Origin: Thermoplasmatota archaeon
Lineage (GTDB): Archaea > Thermoplasmatota > Thermoplasmata > UBA10834
Reading direction: 5' to 3'
Length of the DNA stretch: 64,000 nt
Assembly: GCA_040751795.1 (NCBI GenBank)
Contig: JBFMHR010000005.1
Coordinates: forward strand, 96,001-160,000
The position numbers and the translations under genes were made by a program. Position 1 is the stretch's first letter. Every line of letters starts with the position of its first letter. Below the pieces are notes generated by a model that was not told the origin of the DNA, made no database searches, and saw nothing but the letters and a program-made list of their open reading frames with translations. Positions 48,503 to 58,448 of this stretch are shown here, piece by piece.

Positions 48503-50938
48503 GTGGGTGGATGGGGCAGATGCTGCCCCGAAGGAGGGATTCCCCTGGTCCTCTGGTCCTGGTCAGTGTGCCTCCGAGCTGTCAGCCTGTGCGCTCTCGT
48601 GGTCGCATCCTCTTGCCTGATGGGCGTCGGCGACGGCTGCGGGCCAGTCAGCCCGGCCGTCGTCCCAGCGGCCCACATCGAGGCGGAGGACGAGACCCTC
48701 GCCCAATCCCCACGGACCGTCGACCACCGCTGGTACGACCTGTTCGACGTCCCGCTCGGGGACTGGTGGGACAAGAGGTGGGAGGTCTACGCCGTCGACG
48801 AGCCGCTCACCGATTCCTTCCCCTACCTGGTGAGGCACCACTACGAAATGGGCAGCCACGACACCTTCTCCGGCGCGAGGCTCAACGTGACGGGCCGCGA
48901 GATCCCGGAGGTCAACACGACCTACGACCCCCGGTTCCTCCCCCTCCTGTCCGGCGACGGCGGCGCCAGGGGAGGGAACGCGCGGATCGACTGGTACATG
49001 CAGTACATCTCTCCGGCGGACTACTACCAGTACCCGCCCCAGGTCACGGACTGGGACGACGGGTGGCTGGTGGCTCTCAACGGGACCGTCACGCTGGACC
49101 AGGACGCCGCGATGTCCGTCCTGGGCATGCCCTCCAGCGCCTGGAGCGACTTCTCCGGGTGGTGGTCGTCCAACGCCGTGGCGGTGGAGAACGGCTACAC
49201 CGAGTGGCTGCTCGCGGAGGGGAACGACGACCCCCTCGACATATTCCCCATGTATGAGTACCCCCTCGTCCCTCTGATCATGAACCTCGCCGCGGCGAGG
49301 GAGGGCGACGAGGTCGTCCTGACCTACGACACGCTCACCTGGGGCATGGAGGCCATGATGACGAGGTGGATGCGCGACGCGTTCATGCCCACCGAGTGGT
49401 GGTTCGAGGACATGTCCTTCCATGCGCAGATCGGCCCGGCGTACGCTGACCTGGACATCGACACGGCCGTCCCCTACGCCGTCAGGGCGTGGGAGGCCAA
49501 GGACGCAGGCTCCCCCTGCTGGGTATGGCAGGGGATGCTGCAGGACCGGATCGAGTCGAGCGTCGTCCACCCGGTCTCCGCCTTCGACCGCTACTGCGAC
49601 CTCACGCGCGAGTGGCTCTCGCCGGGGAGCCCTGGGTATGGGGCGACGGTCCCGTACAAGGACGTCCCCGCTTGCTTCGACCTCTCCCCCGGCGAGACCC
49701 TGTCCCTGACATGGCCCGATGCGCCGATCCTGTTCATGGAGCACGTCTCCACGGGCGTCGTCAGCAACACGACCGCGGCCGCGAGGGTCGCGTACATGGA
49801 GCCGATGCCCGTCGACATGCCCGGGGCGGTGTCCGTCGACCCGGCCCAGAGGACGGTGCTCCTCGAGGGCCCCTTGGACCTCGAGGCCTGGGCCGAGGGC
49901 CAGTGCCTGCACGAGAACCTCTCCGCGGAGTGGGACAGGCTAGGGGCCCTGCCGTGCGGGCTGCCCTACATCGAGCTCACCATGGCGGGGGAGAACTCCC
50001 CGCCCTTCGCCTGCCTCTCCGCCGAGCACGACCCCGACGCCAACGTCTCCTCCGCTTTCCTGCTCGACGCAGGCTCGTCGTGCGATGCGGACGACCCAAT
50101 CTCAGAGCTCCTGTGCCGCTGGGACCTCGACGGCGACGGCTCCTGGGACACCGCGTGGGGCGACGATTTCCAGGCGTGGCACGACTTCGAGGTGGTGGGG
50201 ACACACGCGCCCTTCGTGGAGGTGATGGACTCCGAGGGGGCCTCGGACACGTGCTCCGTCGAGGTGGTCATCACCGACGTCGACCCCCCGGAGACCACCG
50301 TCTGGCTGTCCGGGCTCGAGGGCTGCGAGGGCTGGTTCGTGTCCGATGTCACGGTGAACCTGTCCTCGGTAGACGCCGGCCCGGTCGAGTCGACCTGGTG
50401 CAGCCTGGACGGCGGCGACTGGACCATGTACTCCGGGTCCGTGCAGGTCTCCTCGGACGGCCTGCACACGGTCGAGTTCTACTCCGTCGACTGGGCATGC
50501 AACGTCGAGGGGGTCTGCTCATGCGGGTTCGGGATGGACCGCGGCGCACCGGAGGTCTCCTTCGTCACCTCCTCCGAGCTGTACTCGACGGGCGACGTGA
50601 CGGTGGTCTGGTCATGCTCCGACGCCCTGAGCGGCGTGAACAGGTCGGAGCTCTCCCTCGACGGGGCGAGGTACATCCCGTTCGGCTCCGCCACGTCCCA
50701 CGCCTTCCTAGGCCTGGTCGAGGGGATACACACGGTCTTCCTCCGAGTGTACGACACCGCGGGCAACGCCGCCTCCGACTCCTACACATTCACCGTTGAC
50801 CTGGGCGGCGACGACGGCGGCGACCCGACGGACCCGGGCGGGGGCGCTGACTACACCCTGGTCTACCTCGGCGTGATCGCAGCGGTGGTGGCGGCCGTCG
50901 TGGCGGCCGCCGTGGTGGTCGCCAGGCGAAAGAGATAA
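48503..50938 (+). CDS. Large surface protein: Trp-rich unknown head, PKD and Ig-like stalk, C-terminal TM anchor
   Basis: RWDLDGDGSWDT (PKD), GWFVSDVTV..DGLHTVEFYSVD (Ig-like), TM followed by RRKR. Start uncertain. Confidence 0.8.
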   Translation: MGGWGRCCPEGGIPLVLWSWSVCLRAVSLCALVVASSCLMGVGDGCGPVSPAVVPAAHIEAEDETLAQSPRTVDHRWYDLFDVPLGDWWDKRWEVYAVDEPLTDSFPYLVRHHYEMGSHDTFSGARLNVTGREIPEVNTTYDPRFLPLLSGDGGARGGNARIDWYMQYISPADYYQYPPQVTDWDDGWLVALNGTVTLDQDAAMSVLGMPSSAWSDFSGWWSSNAVAVENGYTEWLLAEGNDDPLDIFPMYEYPLVPLIMNLAAAREGDEVVLTYDTLTWGMEAMMTRWMRDAFMPTEWWFEDMSFHAQIGPAYADLDIDTAVPYAVRAWEAKDAGSPCWVWQGMLQDRIESSVVHPVSAFDRYCDLTREWLSPGSPGYGATVPYKDVPACFDLSPGETLSLTWPDAPILFMEHVSTGVVSNTTAAARVAYMEPMPVDMPGAVSVDPAQRTVLLEGPLDLEAWAEGQCLHENLSAEWDRLGALPCGLPYIELTMAGENSPPFACLSAEHDPDANVSSAFLLDAGSSCDADDPISELLCRWDLDGDGSWDTAWGDDFQAWHDFEVVGTHAPFVEVMDSEGASDTCSVEVVITDVDPPETTVWLSGLEGCEGWFVSDVTVNLSSVDAGPVESTWCSLDGGDWTMYSGSVQVSSDGLHTVEFYSVDWACNVEGVCSCGFGMDRGAPEVSFVTSSELYSTGDVTVVWSCSDALSGVNRSELSLDGARYIPFGSATSHAFLGLVEGIHTVFLRVYDTAGNAASDSYTFTVDLGGDDGGDPTDPGGGADYTLVYLGVIAAVVAAVVAAAVVVARRKR

Positions 50939-50971
50939 GGGCCCGGTCGTGCCTGGTGAACCCGCAGGTCG

Positions 50972-51823
50972 ATGGACATGGCGCGGAAGGTCAGGAAGCC
51001 CGCCGGGGCGCAGAGCGAGGAGGAGGTCAGGCGCGCGGTCAAGGAGAGGTACACGGAGCTCGCGCTCAAGCAGGCCCCGTGCTGCGGCCCCGACAGGTCG
51101 ACCATGTGCGGCTGCTCCGGCCTCTACCCGGACGAGGACGTCCTCTCGCTGCCGCCTGAGGCGGCCGCCGTGAGCGCGGGGTGCGGCAACCCGACCGCCA
51201 TCGCGGAGCTCAGGGCGGGGATGGTTGTGGTGGATCTGGGCAGCGGCGGAGGCATAGACGCGTTCCTTTCTGCGAAAAAGGTAGGCCCCAGGGGCAGGGT
51301 CTACGGCATCGACGCGACCCCTGAGATGGTCCACCGCGCGAGGAGGACCGCCAAGGAGCACGGCTTCTCGAACGTCGAGTTCAGGCTCGGCGAGATAGAG
51401 CACATGCCGCTCCCGGACGGGTGCGCCGACGTGGTCATCTCCAACTGCGTGATCAACCTCTCCCCCCAGAAGCAGCAGGTATTCGACGAGGCCTTCAGGG
51501 TCCTGAGGCCGGGCGGGAGGCTGGCCGTCTCGGACATCGTCCTGCTCAAGGAGCTGCCGGAGCGCCTCAGGGGCGACCTTGCGGCGTGGTCCAGCTGCGT
51601 CTCCGGCGCGGTCCTCGAGGACGAGTACCTCGGGGCGATCAGGAAGGCGGGGTTCTCGGACGTGAGGGTGGAGAGCAGGGCCGTCTACACGGACGCGCAG
51701 CTGAGGGGGTACCTCTCCCCGTCGGAGGGGGCCGGCGCCCCCACGACCAGCTTCTCGAAGAGGAAGGGTGAGGACCTCTCCGGCATAGTGGCGAGCTCCA
51801 GGGTCACGGCGAGGAAGCCCTGA
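50972..51823 (+). CDS. arsM: Arsenite S-adenosylmethionine methyltransferase
   Basis: CC near the N-terminus, [24 protein letters not shown] and W..CVSGA, all the conserved ArsM cysteine motifs. Confidence 0.9.
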   Translation: MDMARKVRKPAGAQSEEEVRRAVKERYTELALKQAPCCGPDRSTMCGCSGLYPDEDVLSLPPEAAAVSAGCGNPTAIAELRAGMVVVDLGSGGGIDAFLSAKKVGPRGRVYGIDATPEMVHRARRTAKEHGFSNVEFRLGEIEHMPLPDGCADVVISNCVINLSPQKQQVFDEAFRVLRPGGRLAVSDIVLLKELPERLRGDLAAWSSCVSGAVLEDEYLGAIRKAGFSDVRVESRAVYTDAQLRGYLSPSEGAGAPTTSFSKRKGEDLSGIVASSRVTARKP

Positions 51824-51824
51824 C

Positions 51825-52808
51825 TCAGTCCTTCCCGGACAGCATCGCCACCAGCTGGTCCTCGAACATCGCCTGCTTCGCGTAGTGCTCGTTGGTGTCC
51901 TTGATCGCCACGTACCACCAGTAGACCGCGAAGAGGCCGAGGGTTACGAACGATACCAACACGAACAGCCCGGTCGGCCTGCTGGGGAGGGTGGTGCCCT
52001 CGTCGAGGGCTCCCGCCGTCGCCCCTGCCCTCGCGAGGGCGACCTTCGTGCCCCTGGCGAACTCCGTCCAGGCCTGGTCGTGCTTCCAGGTGTCGTCCGA
52101 GATGATGTGGAGGAAGTAGAACATGAGCACGATGTGGACCGCCATGATCGGGATCGACACGATCTGGAGCGAGTCGGAGAGGTCGAAGTCGTTGTTCAGG
52201 ACGGCGAAGTCCTCCGCGAGGGAGCCTACGAGCGGGAGGGCGATCACGGCCGCCCAGAGGAGCGGACTCCGCTTCGTCCCGTATGCCGCCCTCCCATCGA
52301 GGACCTGCTCGCGCCCCCAGGGGTCGCTGGCGAGGCTGCGGGCGCCGCCGAGCTTGCCCAGGACCTTGCCGACGGCGTCCATCGCCGCCGCCTCCCTCTC
52401 CAGGTGCCAGTTGGCCCGGTCGACCATCAGGTACGCGAGGGCCGCGTAGACGGCATAGAGCATCACGTTGAACACGACCGCGGCGAGGATGTACGCGTCC
52501 ATGTCGCCGAGGATCTCCTCCTCCGTGGGCATGTCCCCGCCGGTAAGGTCGAAGTCGAGTATCTTCCCGAAGATCGCGCCGACCAGCACTATCCCGAAGA
52601 GCATGGTGAGGATGTACGGCACCACGGCGGCCCATTCCGGGAGGCGCCGGTCGGTCCGCCTCCTCCTCGACAGCGCCTCCCGGAGCTCCCCCAGCTCCGC
52701 GCCGATGGCGGCGTTCTCGACCCTCACTTCAGGCTGCATCCTGACGCCGCAGTACGTGCAGAACACGGACTGCTCGGAGCTCTCCATCCCACAACCAGGG
52801 CACCTCAT
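51825..52808 (-). CDS. Zinc-ribbon plus DUF4234-like membrane protein
   Basis: MRCPGCG...FCTYCG and C-terminal LVSFVTLGLFAVYWWY....D.NEH. Confidence 0.75.
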   Translation of the reverse strand: MRCPGCGMESSEQSVFCTYCGVRMQPEVRVENAAIGAELGELREALSRRRRTDRRLPEWAAVVPYILTMLFGIVLVGAIFGKILDFDLTGGDMPTEEEILGDMDAYILAAVVFNVMLYAVYAALAYLMVDRANWHLEREAAAMDAVGKVLGKLGGARSLASDPWGREQVLDGRAAYGTKRSPLLWAAVIALPLVGSLAEDFAVLNNDFDLSDSLQIVSIPIMAVHIVLMFYFLHIISDDTWKHDQAWTEFARGTKVALARAGATAGALDEGTTLPSRPTGLFVLVSFVTLGLFAVYWWYVAIKDTNEHYAKQAMFEDQLVAMLSGKD

Positions 52809-52952
52809 CGCGACCCCGCCCTGACAAGCGTCTCCGGGGTAGTTAACCGTTGCCGGGGGATGCCCGGCTCGGACGAACGCCGCGTTCATATAGTGGCTGG
52901 CCCGTTCACGTCATCGTGGGCGGGGTGTGGCCCCGCGTGGTGGGTGGTGCAG

Positions 52953-55487
52953 GTGCGTTCTCTGGTAGTTGCATTCGTGTCGATAGCAGTGGCCGCGTGT
53001 CTCGTCTCGACGGTCCCCCCGCAATGCAGTGCAGCGTCTGATGACCTCCCGGCCTCCTCGGCATGGACCGGCTCCGTGCTCAGGATGGGGTTCATGGAGA
53101 AGGTCGACAGCCTCAACCCGATGATAGGCATGACGGACGCGTCACGTTTCTTCTACAGCCTGGTGTACGACTCCCTCTTCTCGTACGGCAACGACCTCGA
53201 GACCGTAGGGAACCTGGCGACCGGGTGGAGCGTCGTCCCTGTCACGGACCCTGAGCTCGTCGCGAGCGGGGAGCCCTACGGCTCGGTGTGGGAGTACGAG
53301 ATCACCCACAACGCCGAATGGCACGACGGGGAGCCTCTCACCGCGGCGGACGTCGAGTGGGTGCTGGACCTCAACTCCGCGTACTTCGAGTACTTCTGGT
53401 CCAGCCAGCCGTATGCCTACTTCATGGATTACGCCGAGGCGGTGGACGACTACACCGTCAGGGTGCACTACTTCGACAGGTCCACGGGGGAGCCGCAGCC
53501 CGTGGCCTACGGCGACACGATCAACATCCCGATGATCCCGAGGCACCTGCTCACGTCCTACACCCCCGGCGACATAGCGTTCTCCTGGGACGGGACCTTC
53601 GACGGCATCGACCCGCCCCTGGTCGGCACCGGCCCGTTCATGGCGGGCCCGGACCTGTACGACGACTGGCTCAATGCGGACGTCATCACCCTCCTCGCGA
53701 ACCCGGACCACCACTGGGCGGACGACAGGGGGGAGGAGGTCCAGCTCGACGCCGTCTCGATGTACTTCTACGACGACGCGACCGCGATGGAGCTCGCCCT
53801 CAGGATGGGTGAGCTCGACGTGGCCCAGCTCCCGCCCCAGAACTTCATCTCCCTCCGCGAGGACGTGCTCTCCGGGGACATCGAGAACGTCGAGGTCTTC
53901 GACGGGCCCAAGTGCACCCAGCTGTGGAGCTCGGTGGCGATCAACCAGAACTACGCAGGCCCCAACCCCGCGCGCCTCGACCCCGCGGTCAGGCAGGCCA
54001 TGGCGATGTGCACCAACAAGGAGTACATAGTCGACCAGTTCTACTACGGCCTCGCCGACGTCGGGAGCACCCTCATATCGACCGCAGGCGGCGAGTGGCA
54101 CTACGAGCCGACGGTTGACGAAGTGTACGAGTTCGATGTGGACGCCGCCGCCCAGCTCCTGGAGGATGCCGGCTACCTCTACACGGTGGAGAGCCCGGAG
54201 GTGAGGGTGGCCACCGCCGACAGCTACGCGGTCCAGCAGGGGCTGGTCGCAGAGGGGACCCCCCTGGAGTTCGACCTGATGGTGGTGATCGAGAGGCCAG
54301 AGGACAGGGATATCGCTGCGTACCTGGTGGATGCATGGAGTGGCGCCGGCATCCAGCTGATGTACAGGGTCATGACGGAGGCAGCGATGTGGACGTACAT
54401 CTACTCCTACAACTACGACCTGGCGATCCTCCCCTGGAGCTCGGACCCGGACCCGAACAGGATGCTGTTCATCCAGTCGAGCTACGCGTGGAACGGGTGG
54501 GCCGAGATAAGGTACGACAACGCCTCGTACGACGCGAGCTACAGCGCCTCAGTCACGTCGATGGACTTCGAGGAGAGGCTGGCCCACGTCCACGACTGCC
54601 AGAGGACGCACTACCTCGACGTCGGGCACATCGTCCTCGCGTACCAGTACCAGAGGTACGCCTGGAGGACCGACACCCTCTCGGGCTGGGGCGACTGGGC
54701 CGCGGACCCGGGGAGGAGCCTCGACGCGTACTGGGGCGTGCACCCGCTGCTCTTCGACCTATACTCGCAGTTCAGCTATGCGCTCGTCGAGTACGAGAGG
54801 GAGGACGCGTTCTCCATGCTCGTCCCGGACGGGTGGACGCTGCAGGAGGACGAGACGATTGGCGACACGGAGTTCGACCTCACCCTGAGGGGGGAGGCCC
54901 ACGGGGACTTCCAGACCAACATCCTCCTCGACTCCGACAGGATGAGCGGCGTCCAGGAGTCTAGGGAGTACCTCGAGAATGAGATGGAGGCGGGCCTGGA
55001 GGAGCTGGAGGCCGAGGGCGTGCCGACGACCCCCATAGGGTCAACCCAGTACTGGGAGGGCGCCAACTACTCAGCGCTGAGGTTCGCATACAAGTGGGAC
55101 CAGATGGACATCGTCCAGGACATGACCCTGTACGCCGACAGGGAGAGCGGGAAGATGTGGGTGCTGGTCTGCTCGGTGCACTCCGACTACTACGCGGTCT
55201 ACGAGACCATGTTCCAGGAGATCGCCATGAGCCTGGACGTCGTGGAGCACGAAGTCCTGTCAGTGGCCATGTACGCGGCGATAGGCGCCATCGCCGCCGC
55301 TGCGGTCGTGGCGGTGGTCGCCGCCCTGTACCTCATGAAGTCCAGGAAGGCCGTCGCCCCGCCTCCGCAGCCGGCACAGGCCCCGCCTCCGGCGCAGGTC
55401 TGCTCCGCATGCGGGTCCGCCCTCCCGCCGGGGGGCGCGTTCTGCACCCGGTGCGGGAAGGGGCCGGAGCCGCCTCCGCCGACGTGA
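52953..55487 (+). CDS. Family-5 (OppA/DppA-like) solute-binding protein fused to PsbP-like domain, TM helix and zinc ribbon
   Basis: DSLNP, VYDSL, WHDGEPLTAADV, VGTGPF and DPAVRQA. Then FSMLVPDGW, TM and CSACG..FCTRCG. GTG start inferred because the upstream 356 codons of the ORF overlap the opposite gene. Confidence 0.85.
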   Translation: MRSLVVAFVSIAVAACLVSTVPPQCSAASDDLPASSAWTGSVLRMGFMEKVDSLNPMIGMTDASRFFYSLVYDSLFSYGNDLETVGNLATGWSVVPVTDPELVASGEPYGSVWEYEITHNAEWHDGEPLTAADVEWVLDLNSAYFEYFWSSQPYAYFMDYAEAVDDYTVRVHYFDRSTGEPQPVAYGDTINIPMIPRHLLTSYTPGDIAFSWDGTFDGIDPPLVGTGPFMAGPDLYDDWLNADVITLLANPDHHWADDRGEEVQLDAVSMYFYDDATAMELALRMGELDVAQLPPQNFISLREDVLSGDIENVEVFDGPKCTQLWSSVAINQNYAGPNPARLDPAVRQAMAMCTNKEYIVDQFYYGLADVGSTLISTAGGEWHYEPTVDEVYEFDVDAAAQLLEDAGYLYTVESPEVRVATADSYAVQQGLVAEGTPLEFDLMVVIERPEDRDIAAYLVDAWSGAGIQLMYRVMTEAAMWTYIYSYNYDLAILPWSSDPDPNRMLFIQSSYAWNGWAEIRYDNASYDASYSASVTSMDFEERLAHVHDCQRTHYLDVGHIVLAYQYQRYAWRTDTLSGWGDWAADPGRSLDAYWGVHPLLFDLYSQFSYALVEYEREDAFSMLVPDGWTLQEDETIGDTEFDLTLRGEAHGDFQTNILLDSDRMSGVQESREYLENEMEAGLEELEAEGVPTTPIGSTQYWEGANYSALRFAYKWDQMDIVQDMTLYADRESGKMWVLVCSVHSDYYAVYETMFQEIAMSLDVVEHEVLSVAMYAAIGAIAAAAVVAVVAALYLMKSRKAVAPPPQPAQAPPPAQVCSACGSALPPGGAFCTRCGKGPEPPPPT

Positions 55488-55599
55488 CCCTGCGCGCCGG
55501 GAGATGCGCCGTCCTGGGTTGACCAAGGCGTCAACCAATTCGAACGGTTCATATACACGCCAGGCGCTAGATGGCATGGGAATGGCGGGCGGAACCGCC

Positions 55600-58395
55600 A
55601 TGAAGGAGTGGGTTCGGATGAAGCGCTTGATTCCGGCGGCCGTGGCCGCCGCAGTCTGTCTATGCCTGGTCATGTCGATCGTCCCGCAGGGTCCGGAAGT
55701 CCTCCCTGCAAGGATAGCCCAGACCGAGGAGGCCGTGCTGAAGATCGGGTTCCTGGAACCCATCGACAGCCTCAACCCGATGATAGGCCTGAACGAGGCC
55801 TCGTTCGTCTTCTACGGCCTCGTCTACGACGCCCTGCAGAGCGCCGGGAACGAGCTCGAGGCGGTCCCGAACCTCGCGACCGATTGGTGGGTGGTCCCTG
55901 AGACGGATCCGGATATGATCTCGTCGGGTGAACCGTACGGTTCCGTGTGGCAGTACAACATCACCGGCAACGCCCTCTGGAGCGACGGCACCGCTTTCAC
56001 AGCCGCCGACGTGGCCTGGAACATCAACCTGCAGGCCGAGTACTACGACTCCATGTGGGCTTTCCAGCCATACGCGTACTTCATGGACCACGCGGAGCTG
56101 TACGGGTCGGACTCGGTGAGGGTCCACTACAGCGACCGTGAGACCGGCGACCCGATGGCCGTGTCCTTCGGCCACTTCCTCCCGATATACATGCTCCCGA
56201 TGCACAAGCTCTCCTCCATGAGCCCCTACGAGATCGGCTTCTCGTGGGATGGCGCTTTCGAAGGCGAGGATCCGCCGGTCGTCGGCACGGGCCCGTTCAT
56301 CGCCGGTCCGAACCTGTATGACGAGTGGCTGTCCGGCGCCACCATGAACCTCTCCAAGAACCCGGACCATCACCTCGCCGCAGACCAGGGGCTCGAGACA
56401 TCGATAGATCGCATCGAGCTCCACTTCTATGACGACGCCGACGCCATGAGCCTGGACCTGCAGGGCGGCGCGATAGACGTCGCCCAGCTGCCCTACGAGC
56501 AGTACGAGGCGCTCGGCGCCCTTGTCGAGGGCGGCAGCGTCGCGAACGTCACCCTCTTCGACGGGCCGAGGTGCGACGGCTACTGGACGCACGTGGGGTT
56601 CAACATGTACGAGTCCGGCCCGAACCTGGTCAGGCTGGACCCCGCCGTCCGTGAGGCCCTGGCGATGGCCACCGACAAGGCGCACATCGTCGAGGAGATG
56701 TACGGCGGCTACGCCGACGAGGGCTCGACGCTGGTGGCGCCGGTGAACGAGCCGTGGCACTACGAGCCCAGCGAGGCGGAGGCCTTCCTTTTCGACCCCG
56801 ATGCTGCGAATGCGACCCTCGAGGCCGCAGGGTATTCGTATCCGTATGTTGGCGCCCCGTACAGGGTCGCCACGGCCGCGAGCCTCGCCGTGGCGGAGGG
56901 TTGGGCGCTCGAGGGCGACCCGCTCGTGCTCGAGATGCTCGTTAGGATGGAACACCCCGAGGAGGTAGCGATATCGATCTTCCTGGCCGAGTCATGGGCC
57001 TCGGTCGGTGTGGGGCTGGGGGTGTCCGGTGTGGACGAGCCGACGCTCGCCACGATCGTGTACTCGTACACCTACGACACTTGCATATGGGACTGGTACT
57101 CCGAGCCCGACCCGAACTACATACTCTTCTGTCAGTCCCAGCGCTCCTGGGCCGCATGGAGCGACAACATGTACTCCGCCCCGGACTACGAGATGAACTA
57201 CAACCTGTCCGTGACGGAGATGGACCCAGAGACGAGGGCCGGGTACGTCCACGCCTGCCAGCTCATTCACTACCAGGACGTCCCGTACATCGTGATGGCG
57301 TACACGCACCAGACATACGCGTGGAGGACCGACAACCTCATCGGGTGGGGCGACTGGTCCGAGGACCCCGGGAGGAGCCTGTCCGCCTACTGGACCGCGA
57401 ACCCGCTGCTCTTTGACCTGAACCTCGCCTCCGAGAACTCCGCCCCGGAGAACCTCGCGATCGATGTCCCGTCCGGGGACGTGTACGAAGGCCAGCTGGT
57501 GGCCTTCACGGTGTCGGCCGACGACGCGGAGGAGGACGCGCTCTTCCTCGAACTGGACTTCGGGGACGGCACGGCCGTGGGCCAGACCTTCCTGTCCGGT
57601 GTCTCGACCCACTACGAGGACACGTTCATGCACTCGTTCGATGAGGCTGGCGTCTACGACCTCACCTTGACGGCGGACGACCAGACCGGGCTCGCCGGCC
57701 ACGTCGTCGAGTACGGCCCGGTCGAGTTCACGGTCCTCGAGGACGACATCGCCCCCGTGACGGAGATCGAGCTCGTGGGCGACGGGGACATAGGGTCATG
57801 GTTCGTGTCGGCCATCCAGGTGCACCTGAACGCCACCGACGTCGGCGGAGAGGTGGAGGTCACCGAATGGGCGCTGGACAACGAGGAATGGGCCGAGTAC
57901 GTCGGGCCTTTCTTCGTCTCGGCCGAGGGGGAGCATCAGATCCTGTACAGGTCGAACGACACCAACGGGAACACCGAGGCGGCTAAGTCCGTCGTGGTCA
58001 GGATAGACACGGTCGCGCCCACCGTCGTGATAGAGATGGACCTGACGCAGACATCGAGCACGGTCACCCTGGAAGCCCAGTGGGAGGACGCGTCCAGCGG
58101 GGTCATGAGGACGACGTACTCGCTCGACGGAGGCGCACCCCAGGAGCCGGTCCTGAACTCGACCATCACCCTGACGGAGGTGGCGGACGGTGAGCACACC
58201 GTGGTCGTGACGGTCTACGACGACGCGGGCCATTCGGCCAGCGCGACGGCGACCTTCGAGGTGGAGACGAGCATCTTCGCCCTCGACGGCCCCGCTGGAC
58301 CGTGGGTCGTCATAGGCATGGCAGCGGCGCTGCTGGCAATCATGGGGGTCGCCGGTTTCATGCTGTACAGGAGGAAGAGCCCGCCCACCGAGTGA
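55600..58395 (+). CDS. Family-5 solute-binding protein fused to PKD and Ig-like stalk with C-terminal TM anchor
   Basis: DSLNP, WSDGTAFTAADV, VGTGPF and DPAVREA. Then DFGDG (PKD), EGEHQILYRSND.NGN.E and TM followed by RRK. Start 55600 or 55618. Confidence 0.85.
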   Translation: MKEWVRMKRLIPAAVAAAVCLCLVMSIVPQGPEVLPARIAQTEEAVLKIGFLEPIDSLNPMIGLNEASFVFYGLVYDALQSAGNELEAVPNLATDWWVVPETDPDMISSGEPYGSVWQYNITGNALWSDGTAFTAADVAWNINLQAEYYDSMWAFQPYAYFMDHAELYGSDSVRVHYSDRETGDPMAVSFGHFLPIYMLPMHKLSSMSPYEIGFSWDGAFEGEDPPVVGTGPFIAGPNLYDEWLSGATMNLSKNPDHHLAADQGLETSIDRIELHFYDDADAMSLDLQGGAIDVAQLPYEQYEALGALVEGGSVANVTLFDGPRCDGYWTHVGFNMYESGPNLVRLDPAVREALAMATDKAHIVEEMYGGYADEGSTLVAPVNEPWHYEPSEAEAFLFDPDAANATLEAAGYSYPYVGAPYRVATAASLAVAEGWALEGDPLVLEMLVRMEHPEEVAISIFLAESWASVGVGLGVSGVDEPTLATIVYSYTYDTCIWDWYSEPDPNYILFCQSQRSWAAWSDNMYSAPDYEMNYNLSVTEMDPETRAGYVHACQLIHYQDVPYIVMAYTHQTYAWRTDNLIGWGDWSEDPGRSLSAYWTANPLLFDLNLASENSAPENLAIDVPSGDVYEGQLVAFTVSADDAEEDALFLELDFGDGTAVGQTFLSGVSTHYEDTFMHSFDEAGVYDLTLTADDQTGLAGHVVEYGPVEFTVLEDDIAPVTEIELVGDGDIGSWFVSAIQVHLNATDVGGEVEVTEWALDNEEWAEYVGPFFVSAEGEHQILYRSNDTNGNTEAAKSVVVRIDTVAPTVVIEMDLTQTSSTVTLEAQWEDASSGVMRTTYSLDGGAPQEPVLNSTITLTEVADGEHTVVVTVYDDAGHSASATATFEVETSIFALDGPAGPWVVIGMAAALLAIMGVAGFMLYRRKSPPTE

Positions 58396-58412
58396 TCGGG
58401 AAACCTTTGAAT

Positions 58413-58432
58413 GCGGCGGGGAAGCCCGCCGT
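58413..58432. terminator. Hairpin between convergent genes
   Basis: gcggcggg-gaag-cccgccgt stem-loop between stops at 58395 and 58449. Confidence 0.4.
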
Positions 58433-58448
58433 CCCTTGACCCCTTCTC

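Noticed and set aside
49991-50800. Apparent Tyr-to-Cys (A-to-G) changes as DGR mutagenesis
   Set aside because: No reverse transcriptase and no template/variable repeat pair were seen.
51885-52952. N-terminal 356 aa of the 1200-aa ORF
   Set aside because: Antisense to the zinc-ribbon/DUF4234-like gene. The signal peptide begins near 52953.
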